64,000 nucleotides of DNA, taken from positions 7,151 to 71,150 of the forward strand of contig JAFGIX010000052.1 of the NCBI GenBank assembly GCA_016929395.1, written 5' to 3'. How positions within the stretch are numbered: the first letter of the stretch is position 1; each line of letters opens with the position of its first letter. A model generated the notes under the pieces. It made no database searches. It worked only from the letters and a program-made list of their open reading frames with translations, and was not told the DNA's origin. Of this stretch, positions 61,765 through 64,000 are shown in pieces. The translations under genes and the position numbers were made by a program. Source of the stretch: Candidatus Zymogenus saltonus. Its GTDB lineage: Bacteria > Desulfobacterota > Zymogenia > Zymogenales > Zymogenaceae.

Positions 61765-63843
61765 TCAAAAAAGGTTTACTACATCGAGGATTAAAATCGG
61801 TCTGCCGTCCCCCAGGACGGTGACCCCCGAAAAGCCGGGGAGTTTTTCGAGGGGATTCCCCAGCGATTTAATGAATATCTCCTCGCTCCCCTTAATCTCG
61901 TCGACCTCAAGTCCTATATGCCTGCCCCTCACCTCCGTTACGATCATGTTGATTTTCTCCTTCTCCTCTTTTCCATTTTTCATCCCGAGAACGTCCACCA
62001 GTCTGTAAAGGGGGATCATCTCGCCGTTTATCAAGACCACTCTCTGGTTTTGGCTCTTCTGAACGGATTCCTTTCTTATCTCTGCCGACTTTATCGTCTT
62101 GCTCAAGGGAAGGGCAAATGTCGCCCCCGCCGCTGAGATCAGAAGGGCCTGAATAATCGCCACCGTCAGGGGCAGAATCAGTATGACTTTTGTTCCCTTG
62201 CCTATGTCCGATTCCAGCTTTATGTTTCCGCCCAAAGACTCGACCTTAGTCTTTACAACGTCCATGCCCACCCCCCTGCCGGAGATGTCCGACACCTCCT
62301 TTTGGGTGGAAAGGTTTGGCATACAGGACAGCATGAGGATATCATCTTTGCTCAACAGCGCGGACTGCTCCGCCGTTATAATTCCCCTGGACACGGCGGC
62401 TTCCCTGATCTTTTCCGGGTCCATCCCCCTGCCGTCGTCCGTGGCCTCGATGAAGACGAGGTCCCGCTCCCTGTAGGCGTTGAGTGTCACGGAGCCCCGG
62501 CGGGGTTTGCCCATCCTCTCCCTTTCTTCGGGGAACTCGATGCCGTGGTCTACGGCGTTTCTGAAGATATGCACAAGCGTGTCGGTCAGCTCCTCCAAGA
62601 TCGACCGGTCAAGCTCGATATCCCCTCCGGTGATGGAAAAATCTATCTCCTTCCCCTTCTCCCTAGCGAGGTCCCTGATCAACCTGGGCATCCTCGAAAG
62701 GATGCTCTCGAGGGGCATCATCCTCACCGTTATGACCTTTGCGTGAAGCTCCCTGATCAGATATTCGAGCCTGTTTACCGACTCGTCCACCGAGGGCGAC
62801 CCGAAGCTTTTCGTCGACTCGTAGATCCTCGCCTTGGTGATCAAGAGCTCCCCCACGAGGTTAATAAAGCTCTCCAGAAGATTCGTGCTTATCCTGACGG
62901 AGCGGGGGAGCTCGGCAAGGGCCTCTCCCGAAGGGAGCAGGTCTTCCACCCGGGGAGCTTCCTTCTTTACTACATCTTTCTTAGAGAGGGGAGGTGTTTC
63001 CGCCCTCGGAGCTACTTTTTCGGCTTTTGGGGTCTCCGCCTCCTGTTTAACATGATTAACATGAGCGGCATCGGGAATATCTTCCCTCGTAATCTCCTCG
63101 CCGTCCACTTCCCTTTCCTCGATTATCTTTACATCGAAGTCGGAGATGTCCGGAAGCTCCTTAAGGGCCCTTTCAATATCGTAATCCCTGACCCCTGTGA
63201 TGACCTTGACCCTGACCTCGCCAGTGAAAGCTCCTTTTTTTATCTCGGACAGGGGAGGGGACAGCCCCACCACCTTTCCCAGCTCGGATACCTTCTTTAC
63301 GCCGAGGAGCGACTTAACGTTCGCCTTAGGCAGATCAGAATCCACCCGTATCGTTACGAGAAAGATAGACTGACCCTCTTTGGGCCCGGATACCTCCTCG
63401 TCCTCCTCGTCATCAGCCGTTTTTTTTTCCGTGGTATCTTCGGATTCTGTCTTTTTTTTGAGCCTCCCCTGAGATACCTCGGAGATCATATTGAAGATTT
63501 CATCCAATCCCACGTCAAGCTCTTCGTCCTTTTCAACGGCCATAAGCTGTGACTCGAGTATATCCACCGACTTGAGGATGACATCGACCACCTGAGATGA
63601 TATGGAGATCTCCCCCTTTCTGACAAAATCCATTAAATCCTCGACCTTGTGGGTGAGCTCCGAGATCGGCAGATACCCCATGGACGCCGCCATCCCCTTT
63701 ATGGAGTGGGCCTCCCTAAAAATCGTGTTTACGACATCCATGTTACCGGGATCTTTCTCAAGATCCAACGAGAGCTGGCTCAATTTATTAAGATGTTCCC
63801 TGGACTCTTCCATAAAGATCTTTTTATATCTCGACATATCCAT
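61765..63843 (-). CDS. cheA: chemotaxis histidine kinase CheA (Hpt, dimerisation, HATPase, CheW-like)
   Basis: HSIKG Hpt His, G1/G2 boxes, C-terminal CheW domain. Confidence 0.9.
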   Translation of the reverse strand: MDMSRYKKIFMEESREHLNKLSQLSLDLEKDPGNMDVVNTIFREAHSIKGMAASMGYLPISELTHKVEDLMDFVRKGEISISSQVVDVILKSVDILESQLMAVEKDEELDVGLDEIFNMISEVSQGRLKKKTESEDTTEKKTADDEEDEEVSGPKEGQSIFLVTIRVDSDLPKANVKSLLGVKKVSELGKVVGLSPPLSEIKKGAFTGEVRVKVITGVRDYDIERALKELPDISDFDVKIIEEREVDGEEITREDIPDAAHVNHVKQEAETPKAEKVAPRAETPPLSKKDVVKKEAPRVEDLLPSGEALAELPRSVRISTNLLESFINLVGELLITKARIYESTKSFGSPSVDESVNRLEYLIRELHAKVITVRMMPLESILSRMPRLIRDLAREKGKEIDFSITGGDIELDRSILEELTDTLVHIFRNAVDHGIEFPEERERMGKPRRGSVTLNAYRERDLVFIEATDDGRGMDPEKIREAAVSRGIITAEQSALLSKDDILMLSCMPNLSTQKEVSDISGRGVGMDVVKTKVESLGGNIKLESDIGKGTKVILILPLTVAIIQALLISAAGATFALPLSKTIKSAEIRKESVQKSQNQRVVLINGEMIPLYRLVDVLGMKNGKEEKEKINMIVTEVRGRHIGLEVDEIKGSEEIFIKSLGNPLEKLPGFSGVTVLGDGRPILILDVVNLF

Positions 63844-64000
63844 CTGGTGGATCCTCCTGGGAAAATCTGATTATCTCCTCGGAAACCTCTACCGGTGAAA
63901 GGATCTTATCCACGAGACCGCTGTTTAGGGCCTGTCCGGGCATTCCGTACACGACGGCTGACTCCTCATCCTGAACGACAGTGATTCCCCCCATCTCCTT
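63824..64000 (-). CDS. cheB: chemotaxis methylesterase CheB, C-terminal part only (5' end beyond window)
   Basis: ...GGITVVQDEESAVVYGMPGQAL... CheB catalytic-domain C-terminus; stop overlaps cheA start. Confidence 0.75.
   Translation of the reverse strand, partial: KEMGGITVVQDEESAVVYGMPGQALNSGLVDKILSPVEVSEEIIRFSQEDPPDGYVEI

Noticed and set aside
62302-63552. 416-aa plus-strand ORF
   Set aside because: Antisense shadow of cheA.

Overview
This is a ~52-55% GC bacterial chromosomal segment with frequent AGG/AGA/ATA codons. The gene content suggests a deltaproteobacterium-like lineage (Desulfobacterota/Myxococcota-like, low confidence). The window is mostly housekeeping operons. In order it holds a sigma-54-driven orphan type IV pilin, ugd-uxs (UDP-xylose), CoA and beta-oxidation-type enzymes, lexA and dinB, purL/purQ, and the rpmH-rnpA-yidC-jag-mnmE cluster. 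This is followed by parS-parA-parB-bactofilin, the atpF'FHAGDC ATP-synthase operon, alaS, and a long minus-strand cluster cheB-cheA-cheC-larB-larC-(REC-GAF-HD-GYP)-pgpA-cinA-thpR-recA-pilT-recX. No rRNA, tRNA or CRISPR array was recognised by eye. Six observations stand out. (1) pilT sits between recA and recX inside a Deinococcus-like cinA-ligT(thpR)-recA operon, which together with comM/yifB and the orphan pilin suggests a DNA-uptake/recombination module. (2) A lineage-specific family of G-rich degenerate ~20-bp tandem repeats occurs in at least six intergenic regions, usually G-rich on the sense strand 5' of a gene. (3) Two parS sites lie upstream of parAB, one of them forming the stem of the mnmE terminator. 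(4) An AT-rich type II restriction-modification island is inserted between lexA and dinB. (5) The orphan pilin gene has a sigma-54 promoter with upstream enhancer-like palindromes. (6) A conserved-looking 83-aa ORF follows lexA, which itself carries a candidate operator palindrome. In the sequence as displayed, rpmH (L34) is interrupted by a single extra G that the supplied ORF track does not appear to contain.
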